Of a DNA stretch of 64,000 nt, positions 29,826 to 39,617 are shown piece after piece. The stretch's first letter is position 1. The number at the start of each line of letters is the position of its first letter. A program made the position numbers and the translations under genes. The stretch is from Acidobacteriota bacterium (GTDB taxonomy: Bacteria; Acidobacteriota; Polarisedimenticolia; SMYD01). The DNA is taken from the NCBI GenBank assembly GCA_046757405.1, contig JBHHYE010000007.1:25222-89221 (forward strand), written 5' to 3'. The notes beneath the pieces are model-generated. The model saw only the letters and a list, made by a program, of their open reading frames with translations. It made no database searches and was not told the DNA's origin.

Positions 29826-30461
29826 CTAGATCCGGTAGGCCACCAGCATCCCGTCGCGCACGGTCAAGAGCGCGTTCTCGACCCGCGGATCGTCCTGCAC
29901 TCGATCCGCAGCCTCGGCGATGGCGCGGGCGTCGTCGTCTTTCGGGTCCAGGACCCGGCCGCTCCACAGGGCATTGTCGAAGACCAGGACCCCGCCCCGC
30001 CGCACCTTGTCGATCACCCCCTCGAAATAGCGAGAGTAGTTGCCCTTGTCGGCGTCGATGAACACCAAATCGAAAGGACCCTCCAAGGAGGCAAGGGTCT
30101 CCAGGGCAGGCCCCATCCGGATCTCGATCTTTTGTCCATGGGGGCTGCGGGCAAAGAACGACCGCGCCATGGCCTCCGCCTCCGGATCGATTTCGCAGGT
30201 GATCAGGCGGCCATCCCGGGGAAGTCCCTCCGCCATCATCAGGGCCGAGTACCCGGTGAACATCCCGATCTCGAGAACGGCCCGGGCTCGCGTCATGCGG
30301 ACCAGCAGCTTCAGAAAGGTTCCTTCCAGCCGGCCGACCTGCATCTGTGGAACAGGCATCCGGGCATAGGTTTGTTCCCGCAGCTCCGCCAGGAGATCCG
30401 TCTCGGGCGTGGTGTGCCGCCGGGCATAGGCTTCGATCGCTTCCGGCACCAAGGTCAGCAT
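29826..30461 (-). CDS. Class I SAM-dependent O-methyltransferase (caffeoyl-CoA OMT-like)
   Basis: SAM motif VLEIGMFTGYSAL, FIDADKGNY, VFDNALWSGRV. Confidence 0.8.
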   Translation of the reverse strand: MLTLVPEAIEAYARRHTTPETDLLAELREQTYARMPVPQMQVGRLEGTFLKLLVRMTRARAVLEIGMFTGYSALMMAEGLPRDGRLITCEIDPEAEAMARSFFARSPHGQKIEIRMGPALETLASLEGPFDLVFIDADKGNYSRYFEGVIDKVRRGGVLVFDNALWSGRVLDPKDDDARAIAEAADRVQDDPRVENALLTVRDGMLVAYRI

Positions 30462-30464
30462 GAA

Positions 30465-31289
30465 TCATTCCTCCTGAGGCCGGGATCCGATCCGGTCCAG
30501 CCACGCGGGCAGCTCGGCGAGCGAGTCGATGACGCCCGTGGGGGCCGGATGGACCCGATCCTCGTCTCCCGGACGGTACTTGCCGGTCCGCACCAGAACT
30601 CCCGCCATTCCCAGGGCGACCGCTCCCGACGCATCGAACTCGGCGTCATCCCCTACCATGACCATCTCCTCCATCCGGACACCCGCCTCCTGCGCCAGAG
30701 ACCTGAAGAGCAGTGCCGAGGGCTTCCCCAGATTGTGCGCCGGAGAGGCCGAAGCGTAGGAAAGAAATGCGGACAGAGGGCCGAGATCCGTCACCAGCTC
30801 CCCGCCCTTGCGAAAATACCGGTTTTCCTGGAGCGTGTACAGCGCGGCCCCTTCCAGCAACCTCCGGACCGCCGGCTGCAGATCGGCGATGGCAAGATCA
30901 TGGCCCTCCGTGGCGAGCAGGACCACAGGCCCCCGGGGATCTTCACGGAACCATGCATAGTCCCGCCGCGTTGCCGCATCAGCCAGCAGAAGACCGGATA
31001 CCTGGCCGCGGCGCTCCAGGAGGCGCCTGGCCGTGAGGGCGGGGGTGACCAGGCCGTCCAGATAGTCACCCAGCCCGACGCTTGCCAGCCAGCCCTCCAG
31101 CGCGGCGCGGCTGCGGCTGGTGGTGTTGGTCACCAGGCGCACCGGGGCTCTGCCGCGGAGCCGCGCCAGGGCGCCCTCGACTCCGGGCAGGAGCGGTCCG
31201 TCCACGCCGCGGGTCAGCGTTCCATCGATATCGAGGCAGATCAAACGTGCCTCGGCCGCAGCCGATGGGGACCCGGAAGGACCGGTCAC
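30465..31289 (-). CDS. HAD-superfamily hydrolase, subfamily IIA-like
   Basis: Motif I LDIDGTL, VTNTTS, motif IV VGDDAEFD. The GTG start overlaps the pgi stop. Confidence 0.75.
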   Translation of the reverse strand: MTGPSGSPSAAAEARLICLDIDGTLTRGVDGPLLPGVEGALARLRGRAPVRLVTNTTSRSRAALEGWLASVGLGDYLDGLVTPALTARRLLERRGQVSGLLLADAATRRDYAWFREDPRGPVVLLATEGHDLAIADLQPAVRRLLEGAALYTLQENRYFRKGGELVTDLGPLSAFLSYASASPAHNLGKPSALLFRSLAQEAGVRMEEMVMVGDDAEFDASGAVALGMAGVLVRTGKYRPGDEDRVHPAPTGVIDSLAELPAWLDRIGSRPQEE

Positions 31290-32902
31290 GGACCCGGATC
31301 CGGCTGGTCCGTGAAGAGATAGCGCGCTGTGAAGGGCGTCGAGCCCGCCTCCCGGCGGATCCCCCGCCCGGGGTTGGCCGCCAGGTGCGTGAGGATGTGA
31401 AAGATGCTTTCGGCCGCTTCCGGGGCGCCCAGCGCCTCCGCCAGCTCCTCCACCGTGAACCCTTTGCCGGGATTGGCCCGGAGTCGGCCCAGGACATGAA
31501 CCTGCAGGGTGATGATCTCTCCGGCCGCCTTCTTGCCGGCCTCGACTCCGGGCTGGTGGTAAGCGTTGACGCCCACCAGAGAGGCATAAAAACCAACGGC
31601 TCGCTCGAACAGCGCGATGATGGCGCCCAGCGAGGTCTCGTCGAGCCGGGGTACGGAAATGGTCAACGACTCCCGCCCCTTCTCGAAGAGCGCCTTCCGG
31701 GTGCCCAGGAGGAAGCCGGCCAGGTAATCCCCGGAGGTGACGCCCGGCTCGATCTCGACGGGACCGCCCGCCCGATCCTCCAGAACCTGGAGAAAGGTGA
31801 CGAAGAAGTTGGGCACTCCGTCGCGCAGCTGTTGCACATAGGCATGCTGGTCCGTGGACCCCTTGTTCCCGTACACGGTGATCCCCTGGTGAACAACCCG
31901 CCCCTCCAGGTCATGTTCTTTCCCCAAAGACTCCATGACCAGTTGCTGGAGGTAGCGCGAAAGGGGGGCCAGGCGGTCCTTGTACGGCAGGATCACCATA
32001 TCCTTGGCCCCGCGTCCGCCGGTGAGGTGAAACCAGGACAGGGCCAGCAGCGCCGACGGATTCTCCTGAACCACACGATTCCGGGTCAGTTCGTCCATGC
32101 GGCGGGCGCCATCCAGGAAGGCGGTGACGTCGAATCCGGAGAGCGCCGCCGGCAAGAGCCCCACCACGGAGGTCTGGGACGTCCTCCCACCGATCCACTC
32201 CTGGAGAGGGAAGCGGCGCAACCAGCCCTGCCGCTGAGCCAGCCGGTCCAGGGACGACCCGGGGCCGGTCACCGCCACGGCATGGCGGGCGAAGGACAAC
32301 CCCGCCGCCTGGTGAACCTTGCGCACCTCGATCATGGCGTTGCGTGTCTCCCTGGTTTCCCCGGACTTGGACACCACCACGATGAGGGTGGAATTCAGGT
32401 CGGGACCGATCTCCAGCATCACCCGATCGAAGCCGTCGGGATCGGTGTTGTCGATGAAAAAGGCGCGCAAGGGATCGCCCGGCCCGGAGAGCACATGATC
32501 GGCGAGTTGCGGGCCCAGTGCCGACCCGCCGATGCCCAGGAGAAGAAACTGCTTGAACCGCCGGGCCCGGGGAGGGCGGATCCGGCCCTCGTGGATATCG
32601 GCCGCGAAGCTCTTCACCTGGCGGATGCCATCGAGGATCTGCTCCCGGAACTCCTCCGGCGCCCGATCCGGCGTCCTGAGCCAGTAATGACCGACCTGTC
32701 TCCCCTCATCCGGGTTCGCCACACCGCCGTCCTCCAGGGCCTGCATCTGGACGAACGCGTCCTGCACGCGGGAATGCATCTCTTCCAGAAAGCTTGACGG
32801 CCAGAGCACCCGGCTCACATCCAGCGAGAAGCCGAGAGATGCATCCTGGAAATAGAGGGCCTGGAAGCGCTGCCAGAGATCAACGGTCATGAGAGTCTCC
32901 AT
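31286..32902 (-). CDS. pgi: Glucose-6-phosphate isomerase
   Basis: GRQVGHYWLR, LLLGIGGSALGP, IGGRTSQTSVVGLLP, GNKGSTDQHAYVQQLRDG. The start is ATG 32902 or 32890, and either overlaps the 3' end of the upstream gene. Confidence 0.85.
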   Translation of the reverse strand: METLMTVDLWQRFQALYFQDASLGFSLDVSRVLWPSSFLEEMHSRVQDAFVQMQALEDGGVANPDEGRQVGHYWLRTPDRAPEEFREQILDGIRQVKSFAADIHEGRIRPPRARRFKQFLLLGIGGSALGPQLADHVLSGPGDPLRAFFIDNTDPDGFDRVMLEIGPDLNSTLIVVVSKSGETRETRNAMIEVRKVHQAAGLSFARHAVAVTGPGSSLDRLAQRQGWLRRFPLQEWIGGRTSQTSVVGLLPAALSGFDVTAFLDGARRMDELTRNRVVQENPSALLALSWFHLTGGRGAKDMVILPYKDRLAPLSRYLQQLVMESLGKEHDLEGRVVHQGITVYGNKGSTDQHAYVQQLRDGVPNFFVTFLQVLEDRAGGPVEIEPGVTSGDYLAGFLLGTRKALFEKGRESLTISVPRLDETSLGAIIALFERAVGFYASLVGVNAYHQPGVEAGKKAAGEIITLQVHVLGRLRANPGKGFTVEELAEALGAPEAAESIFHILTHLAANPGRGIRREAGSTPFTARYLFTDQPDPGP

Positions 32903-33974
32903 CGTTGGTCTGCGAGAAGAAGGGCGCATCGCCTCCCAGCCACCCGTGGCGCCGGATCGCTTTGGCAATGGCCTGCGCGGCCACCAGGTGGCCGGACGGT
33001 GTCGGATGGTCCTGGTCCAGGAAGGCTCTCCCGGCTCCGAGGCGCTGGAAGTCCCGCGTCAGGTCGACCAAAGGAACTCCGGCGGCCTCGGCCCAGCTCT
33101 TCAGCCGCTGCTGCGGGCGGGGATCCGCTTTCTCAGCAATCTGGAAGCGGAACGGGAAGACCACCAGGCAGAGGGGCACCTTTCTCTGCCGGGCCGCCAT
33201 CACCATCTTGTCCAGCTCCGACTCGGTTCGGCGCCAGGCCGCGTCGATCCTCGGCAACAGGGGATCGTCGAAAAGTCGGCGCACGGAATAGACCTCCCGG
33301 CGAGCCTGCCCCCGCCGCAGCAGGGAGATCACGAAACGAAAGAAGGCGGTTCGCCGCAGCCAGCGATGCAAGGGAGCCAGGGTCGCCGTGGTATCCACTC
33401 CCAGAGTCGTATTGGCGCCGCCATAGGCCGCTAGCGTCATGAACCGCTCCACCACGTCGTTCAGAACAAACCCCACCACCACCAGATCAGGTTTGAGATC
33501 CCAGCCTTTTTCCCGCAGCCATGCCAGCTCCTGGAAGGGTGAATAACCGGGCACTCCCGCATTGATGACCTGGATGGTCGAAGAAGAGCCCCGCTGCAGA
33601 AGAGCTTCCAGGCGGCGGGGAAACGCCTGCTCCGCCTCCACCCAGTGCCCGAAGGTGACCGAGTCTCCGACGCACAGCACCCGGAAGACACCATCGGACT
33701 TGGCCGGGGAGAACTCCCGCTCCCGGAGTCCCAGCGAGTTGATGTTGACCGTCCCATACCCTTCCCGCCCGTTCCATCCAGGGACCAGTTCCCAGATCAG
33801 GGTCCTGGAGGCGCGGAACTTGCCGTACTGGTAAAGAATCTCCTGGTTGGAGGTGACAGGCCGGACGGGGAGTGGCCGATAGCCAGCCATTCGCAGGCCG
33901 AACTCCACAGCCGCCAGACCCAGAGCCACGGCCGTGACGGCGAAGAGAAACCGTTTCGCCCGAGCTCCCGGCAC
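32880..33974 (-). CDS. SGNH/GDSL-family hydrolase
   Basis: Block I VLCVGDSVTFG, block III GFVLNDV, block V DQDHPTPSGH. N-terminal membrane anchor. GTG start. Confidence 0.75.
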   Translation of the reverse strand: MPGARAKRFLFAVTAVALGLAAVEFGLRMAGYRPLPVRPVTSNQEILYQYGKFRASRTLIWELVPGWNGREGYGTVNINSLGLREREFSPAKSDGVFRVLCVGDSVTFGHWVEAEQAFPRRLEALLQRGSSSTIQVINAGVPGYSPFQELAWLREKGWDLKPDLVVVGFVLNDVVERFMTLAAYGGANTTLGVDTTATLAPLHRWLRRTAFFRFVISLLRRGQARREVYSVRRLFDDPLLPRIDAAWRRTESELDKMVMAARQRKVPLCLVVFPFRFQIAEKADPRPQQRLKSWAEAAGVPLVDLTRDFQRLGAGRAFLDQDHPTPSGHLVAAQAIAKAIRRHGWLGGDAPFFSQTNDGDSHDR

Positions 33975-34021
33975 GGCTCAGACCTTATCAAACCTGCCTG
34001 GCGGGGTGCTAGAATCCGGCC

Positions 34022-36025
34022 GTGGTCAAGCGGGCAAAGGCTCGCGGGCGAGGCCGTTCCGCGCTGTCGGCCGACCCGCCGGCGGGTGGCAGTGTTGCGC
34101 GTGGAGTGGATGCCGCCTGGATGGGAGGCCTGTTCCTGGCGGCCTTGGCGCTCCGGCTGGCTCATCTGGCCACCATCCGGAACTCGCCCTTCTTTCAATA
34201 TCTGGGACTCGACCCGCTGGCCTATGATACCTGGGGATGGCGCATCGCCCAGGGCGACTGGCTGGGGAGCCGCGTCTTTTACCAGGATCCCCTCTATCCA
34301 TATTTCCTCGGCTTGGTCTACGCCATATGGGGACATGTGCATCTTGGAGTGCTCGCTCTGCAGATGCTGCTGGGCGCGGCGACCGTCCCCCTGATTTACC
34401 ATCCGACCCGCCAGTGGCTCGGCCGGGGCGAAGCCGCGCTGGCTGGCCTGCTCGCCGCGATCTATCTCCCCTCCCTTTATTATGAAGGCCTGATCCTGAA
34501 GTCATGGATGGGGGCTGTCCTGGTTGCGGCCGCTCTGTTCGCCCTGTCCCGGTCGCTGTTGCGCGGCGGCGGCGCCTGGATGGCCACGGGGTTCCTTCTG
34601 GGTCTCGCCGCGCTGGTGCGGGGGAACATCCTGCTGTTCATCCCGGTCCTGGCGGCCTGGGTCCTTTTCACCCTCCCCACCCCGCCGTCCACCGGCCCGG
34701 GGCGGTCTGGGCCCCGCGGCCTGCATGTTCCAAGCCCCCGCGCCTGGCGGAGCGTTGCCGGGCTCCTCCTGGGAGTCATGCTGGTTCTCGGGCCCACGGC
34801 CTTGCGCAATCGTCTGGTTGGAGGTGAATGGGTCCTGACCACGTCCCAGGGCGGGCAAAACTTTTACATCGGCAATAATCCAACCAATCGGGATGGCCGG
34901 TACGACCCGCTCCCGTTCGTCGGGGCCAACCCGAAGTACGAGGAGAAGGGGTTCGCCAACGAGGCCAGCCGACGCGCCGGGCATCCCCTGCGGCCCACGG
35001 AGGTCTCCCGGTTCTGGTTTCGGGAAGCGTCCCGCTGGATCGCCACCCATCCCGCCGACTGGGCCCGGCTGATGTGGCTCAAGCTGCGCAACTACTGGGG
35101 TGCGTACGAGGTCCCGGACAACCTCGACTATTACCTCTACCGCGAACACGCGCCTGTCTTGCGCCTCCCGCTCCCCGGCTTCGGCCTGCTGGCCCCCCTC
35201 GGCCTGCTGGGAATGGGTCTCGCGTGGCGGCGGCGCGGCTGGCCCCGTGCGTTGACACTTTTCATCCTCGTCTATTCCGCCTCGGTGATCCTGTTCTTTG
35301 TTTTTTCCCGCTACCGCATCGCCATGCTGCCGGCCCTGTTCCCCTTCGCCGGCCTGGCGCTGATGGAGATCTACCGCCGGACCCGGAAGCCGTACGAGCG
35401 CAGAACCGGAGGCCTGGCTTTGCTGTCGGCTCTCCTGGCGGTGGTCCTCCTTCTGGCTTTTGTCAACCTGCCGGTGGCTGCTCCGGCTTCCCACTGGACT
35501 TATCGTCTGGCCAGCCGTCTCGGACTTCCCACGCGGCTCGAGACCTCGTCCACCGCCCACTACAACCTGGCCCTGGCCTACGCCCGGCAGGCCAAGGAAG
35601 TCGAAGCGCCCGAACCGCTCCTGGAGATGGCCCTAGCGGAGTTCCGCGAAGCCGTGCGCCAGGACCCTGACTTTCCCCATCCGTACGCCGAGATGGCCAA
35701 GGTCCTGACGCGGTTACATCGGGACCGGGAAGCCATCGAGGCGTACCAGACCGTGGTCTCCCTGGCGCCGCAGCAAGCCCGGCCCTTTCATGCCATGGGC
35801 CTTCTCTACCTTCGCATGGGCGATCTGCCGCAAGCCGAGGCTGCTTTCCGGCGGGCCCTGGCGCTCGATCCGGAACGGATCGAAAGCCTGAACCGGCTTG
35901 GTGCGGTTCTCCTGGAAGAAGGCCGGCCGGACCTGGCAGGGACGGTCTTTCGCCGCGTTCTCGAGAAGGCTCCCGGAAATCCTTCGGCCAGCGAGGGGTT
36001 GCGGCGGAGCCAGGCCGGCTCGTGA
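34022..36025 (+). CDS. GT-C/PMT_2-like membrane glycosyltransferase fused to C-terminal TPR repeats
   Basis: The polytopic N-terminal two-thirds contains FFQYLGLDPLAYDTWGWRIAQGDW..YQDPLYPYFLGLVY. The C-terminal TPRs contain HYNLALAYARQAK, YAEMAKVL, FHAMGLLYLRMGDLPQAEAAFRRALALDP. Confidence 0.75.
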   Translation: MVKRAKARGRGRSALSADPPAGGSVARGVDAAWMGGLFLAALALRLAHLATIRNSPFFQYLGLDPLAYDTWGWRIAQGDWLGSRVFYQDPLYPYFLGLVYAIWGHVHLGVLALQMLLGAATVPLIYHPTRQWLGRGEAALAGLLAAIYLPSLYYEGLILKSWMGAVLVAAALFALSRSLLRGGGAWMATGFLLGLAALVRGNILLFIPVLAAWVLFTLPTPPSTGPGRSGPRGLHVPSPRAWRSVAGLLLGVMLVLGPTALRNRLVGGEWVLTTSQGGQNFYIGNNPTNRDGRYDPLPFVGANPKYEEKGFANEASRRAGHPLRPTEVSRFWFREASRWIATHPADWARLMWLKLRNYWGAYEVPDNLDYYLYREHAPVLRLPLPGFGLLAPLGLLGMGLAWRRRGWPRALTLFILVYSASVILFFVFSRYRIAMLPALFPFAGLALMEIYRRTRKPYERRTGGLALLSALLAVVLLLAFVNLPVAAPASHWTYRLASRLGLPTRLETSSTAHYNLALAYARQAKEVEAPEPLLEMALAEFREAVRQDPDFPHPYAEMAKVLTRLHRDREAIEAYQTVVSLAPQQARPFHAMGLLYLRMGDLPQAEAAFRRALALDPERIESLNRLGAVLLEEGRPDLAGTVFRRVLEKAPGNPSASEGLRRSQAGS

Positions 36026-38043
36026 GCAACCCGGCTGCACGGGCGCGCGCGGCCGGAACAGCGTGGCGGCGGCGCTTGGCCACGGCCTTGATCCTCCTGG
36101 CCTTGGTCCTCGCCGCCGGAGCCTCCGCCCGGACGCTCCTGGCCTACGGATCCTGGATCACGGGGCCGCGCTTCTATCCACGCCTCGGTCCCGGGCAAGC
36201 CCGGGCCTTCGTGGCCGGCCAAGCAGCCGGCTGGCTTCCCGATGTCCTTTCCCGCGTCGCTCCCGGGCAGGAGGTCCTGGTGCCGACCAACCCTCCCCGG
36301 GACCAGGAGCGGCTGGCAGCCTATTACCTCTATCCACGCCCCGTGCGTATCGTTCCCACCGCCGCCGGACACCCTTTCTCTCCCCGTCCCTCGCCGGCCA
36401 GGGGCGACTTTCTCCTGCGAGACGGACACCTCCTGGAGTGGCCCTCGCTGGCGCCCGCATCCGTATCCCGGCCGCGGAACTCGCATGATTTTCCCCCGCC
36501 CTTCCCCTCGCCCCGGGCCTGGCTGGCCCTCCTGGTGACCGCCCTTTCCTCCCTGGGTTGGGGAACGATCTTTCTCAGGTGGCTCCGCCTGCGGTGGAGC
36601 CTGCGTCTCTCGACGGGCGAGTCCCGCGTGGTGCAAGCCGGCCTGGGTCTACTGATCGGGCTTTCCTTCCAGGGAGCGGTCGGCTTCGCCGCCGCCTACG
36701 CGGGATGGTCCGCCACCCCATGGCTCACCGTCTCCCTTTCCGCAGGAGGCCTGGTTCTCCTCTGGCCCTTCGCCCGCTCGCTGGCCGGCGGCCGGCTTTC
36801 CGCCTCTTCCCAGCCCGGACAGCGGCGTCCCACCTTCACTCCCCCGGACCCGTTCACCCCGTCTCTCGGCCGGATCCTGCGTCCTGTCTTGATTTTCCTC
36901 ATCGGTCTGCTGAGCCTGGCGCCCCTGGCACGCGCCCTCGCCGAGCCGATGCACCACTGGGATGAACGGTTTCAGTGGGCCTTCAAAGGGAAGATCCTGC
37001 TGGAAGAGGGAGGCCTGATGGGGCCCACCTTTCAGGAAAACGGTCGTCTCCACCTGCACCGCCGCTACCCTCTTCTGGTGCCCGCGCTGGAAGCCCACCT
37101 GGCGCGGCTGGCCGGGGGGTTTGCCCAGGAACGCGCCGTGAAGGGACTCTTCCCCCTTTTCTTCGCCGCCCTCCTGGCGGTGGCGTACGGAACCTTTCGT
37201 TGCCGTCTGGCCCCCTTTCCGGCCCTGGTCTGGACCACGCTGCTGGCCGCCCTGCCACCCTTCCACCACGCCTCCCTCATTCAGGGGGGCCCGGCGCACA
37301 CCGGCTTCGCCGATCTGCCGCTGGCTGCCCTGCTCGCGGGCGCCTGCTTTCTTCTCCTCTTCTTGCTGGAAGACCCGGGCGCGTCCACGGCCCGGGCCCT
37401 CCCTGGCTCGCCTCCAGGCTCTTCCGGCCCCTGCCTGCGCCTGAGCCTGGCGGTGGGATTCCTGGCCGGATGCGCGGCGCTCACCAAGCCCGAAGGCCTG
37501 GCCATTGCCGTGGCCATTCTCGCCGTGGTCGCCCTGGCCGCTCCGCGTCATGGCTCCGCCGGCTGGAAGGCCCTGGCGAGCGCCCTGCTGGTGGCCACGG
37601 TGATCGCCATGCCGCGTCTGGCCATGCGGTTCGTGGTGCCGGGGGCGGGGACCCTGGATTACACCGGCGATGCAGCCTATCTCTCCAGGCTGGCCCCCGC
37701 GCACCTGGTGGCGGGTCTCCGGGACCACCTGGCGCCGGCCCTAGGGGCCCTGATCACGGCGCCCTTTTCCAGCCGCTGGGCCTTCCTGGGGCTTCTCCTG
37801 GCAGGTGGACTCCTCACCGTGCCCGCCTCTCCCCGCCGCCATCCCCACCGGCTCGCTCTCCTGGTCCTGATTCCCCTGGCCGCGGATGGGCTGGCCTTCA
37901 TCCTCTCGACCTCGGACATCCACTGGCACCTGGCGGTCGCCCTCGATCGTCTGTGGATGCAGGTTCTGGTCCCTGCTTTCATGGTGGCCGGCGGCCAGGT
38001 GGCCAGCCTGCTGGAGGGCCCGGAGCACTTCTCCCCGGGTTGA
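36022..38043 (+). CDS. Uncharacterised polytopic membrane protein (possible GT-C-like)
   Basis: The GTG start overlaps the preceding stop (GTGA). One N-terminal TM is followed by a Pro-rich segment of about 150 aa and then 10 or more hydrophobic segments. Loop motif EPMHHWDERFQWAFKGK. No family is recognised with certainty. Confidence 0.5.
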   Translation: MSNPAARARAAGTAWRRRLATALILLALVLAAGASARTLLAYGSWITGPRFYPRLGPGQARAFVAGQAAGWLPDVLSRVAPGQEVLVPTNPPRDQERLAAYYLYPRPVRIVPTAAGHPFSPRPSPARGDFLLRDGHLLEWPSLAPASVSRPRNSHDFPPPFPSPRAWLALLVTALSSLGWGTIFLRWLRLRWSLRLSTGESRVVQAGLGLLIGLSFQGAVGFAAAYAGWSATPWLTVSLSAGGLVLLWPFARSLAGGRLSASSQPGQRRPTFTPPDPFTPSLGRILRPVLIFLIGLLSLAPLARALAEPMHHWDERFQWAFKGKILLEEGGLMGPTFQENGRLHLHRRYPLLVPALEAHLARLAGGFAQERAVKGLFPLFFAALLAVAYGTFRCRLAPFPALVWTTLLAALPPFHHASLIQGGPAHTGFADLPLAALLAGACFLLLFLLEDPGASTARALPGSPPGSSGPCLRLSLAVGFLAGCAALTKPEGLAIAVAILAVVALAAPRHGSAGWKALASALLVATVIAMPRLAMRFVVPGAGTLDYTGDAAYLSRLAPAHLVAGLRDHLAPALGALITAPFSSRWAFLGLLLAGGLLTVPASPRRHPHRLALLVLIPLAADGLAFILSTSDIHWHLAVALDRLWMQVLVPAFMVAGGQVASLLEGPEHFSPG

Positions 38044-38099
38044 AGGCGCGGCATGCGGTCCGCGCTCGCGATCCCGCCTGCCCGGAGAGGGCGGGTCGG

Positions 38100-39521
38100 T
38101 CAGCGCGGAACGTCGAACAGGTTCGCCTGGGCCGGCCGTTCCCTGGGAACAGGGACCGGGTACTCGTTGGTGTAGCAGGCCACACAGAAGGCCTCCGGAT
38201 CCCCCACCGCGCGGCGCAGCCCTTCCAGCGACAGGTATCCCAGGCTATCGGCGCGGATGAAGCGGCAGATCTCTTCCACGGATTGGTTGGCTGCAATCAG
38301 CTCCGAGCGGGTGGGGGTATCCACGCCGTAGTGACAGGGTCCCACCGTGGGCGGGCAGGAGATGCGCACATGGACCTCCATGGCTCCCGCGTCCCGAACC
38401 ATCGAGACGATCTTCCGGCTGGTCGTGCCCCGCACAATGGAGTCATCGACCAGGACGACCTTCTTCCCTTTCAGGAGCGTCTGGACCGCATTGAGCTTCA
38501 GCTTGACTCCAAAGTGCCGGATGGCCTGCTGGGGCTCGATGAAGGTCCGCCCCACGTAGTGGTTGCGAACCAGGCCGAACTCGAACGGAAGGTTCGATTC
38601 CCCAGCGAACCCCTGCGCGGCCACCACACCCGAATCGGGGACCGGCACCACGATGTCGGCCGGCACGGGCTGCTCTCGTGCCAGCGCGGCCCCCATGCGC
38701 TTGCGAATCTGGCTGACCGAGCACCCGAAGACGATGGAGTCGGGACGGGAGAAGTACACGTGCTCGAAGATGCACTGGCGCGTCGGAGAGGACTTGAACG
38801 GGAATTCGGACCGCACGCCTGAGCTATCGATGATCAGCACTTCCCCCGGCTGCACGTCGCGCACGGCCTGGGCATCGATGAGATCGAAGGCGCAGGTTTC
38901 CGAGGCAAGAACATGGGCGCCGTCGAGCTGGCCCAGAGAGAGCGGCCGGAAACCGTGGGGATCCCGCGCCGCCACCAGACGATCCTTGAGCAGGAAGACC
39001 AGGGAATAGGCTCCCTCCACCTGGATCAGCGCATCCACCAGAGCCCCCTCCACCGTCCGTGCCGACGAGCGCGCCACCAGGTGGAGAAGCACCTCCGAGT
39101 CGGAGGAGGTCATGAAAATGGAACCGGCGCGCTCCAGGTCGGCGCGGATCTGGCCAGCATTGATGAGGTTGCCGTTGTGGCTGACCGCAATCTCGCCGCG
39201 GTGGCAGGTGATCCGGAAGGGCTGGGCATTGACGAGCCGACTGCTTCCCGCAGTGGAGTACCGGGTGTGTCCGATGGCCAGCGAGCCCAGCAGGCGGGCG
39301 AGCCGTTCGCGGGTGAAGACATCCGCCACCAGGCCCATGCCCCGCTCCTGGTGCAGCCTCCGGCCATCGGAGGAGACGATGCCGGCCGATTCTTGCCCGC
39401 GGTGCTGCAGGGCATGGAGACCCAGGTAGGTCATGTTGGCGGCCTCGCCGTGGCCGCAAATGGCAAACACGCCGCACTCTTCGTGAAACCCCTTACCCGG
39501 ATGGGCCACAGGGCTGTTCAC
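38100..39521 (-). CDS. purF: Amidophosphoribosyltransferase
   Basis: Ntn nucleophile context EECGVFAI, QHRGQESAGI, PRTase loop VLVDDSIVRGTT, C-terminal Cys cluster. Confidence 0.92.
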   Translation of the reverse strand: MNSPVAHPGKGFHEECGVFAICGHGEAANMTYLGLHALQHRGQESAGIVSSDGRRLHQERGMGLVADVFTRERLARLLGSLAIGHTRYSTAGSSRLVNAQPFRITCHRGEIAVSHNGNLINAGQIRADLERAGSIFMTSSDSEVLLHLVARSSARTVEGALVDALIQVEGAYSLVFLLKDRLVAARDPHGFRPLSLGQLDGAHVLASETCAFDLIDAQAVRDVQPGEVLIIDSSGVRSEFPFKSSPTRQCIFEHVYFSRPDSIVFGCSVSQIRKRMGAALAREQPVPADIVVPVPDSGVVAAQGFAGESNLPFEFGLVRNHYVGRTFIEPQQAIRHFGVKLKLNAVQTLLKGKKVVLVDDSIVRGTTSRKIVSMVRDAGAMEVHVRISCPPTVGPCHYGVDTPTRSELIAANQSVEEICRFIRADSLGYLSLEGLRRAVGDPEAFCVACYTNEYPVPVPRERPAQANLFDVPR

Positions 39522-39617
39522 GCCCCCCTCCCCGCATCCAGGGGCCGGCGAGAGCCATCGATGCCGGCTGTCACCATCGAGCCTTTAGTGTACCACCGGC
39601 ACACTCTTTCCTCCCCG

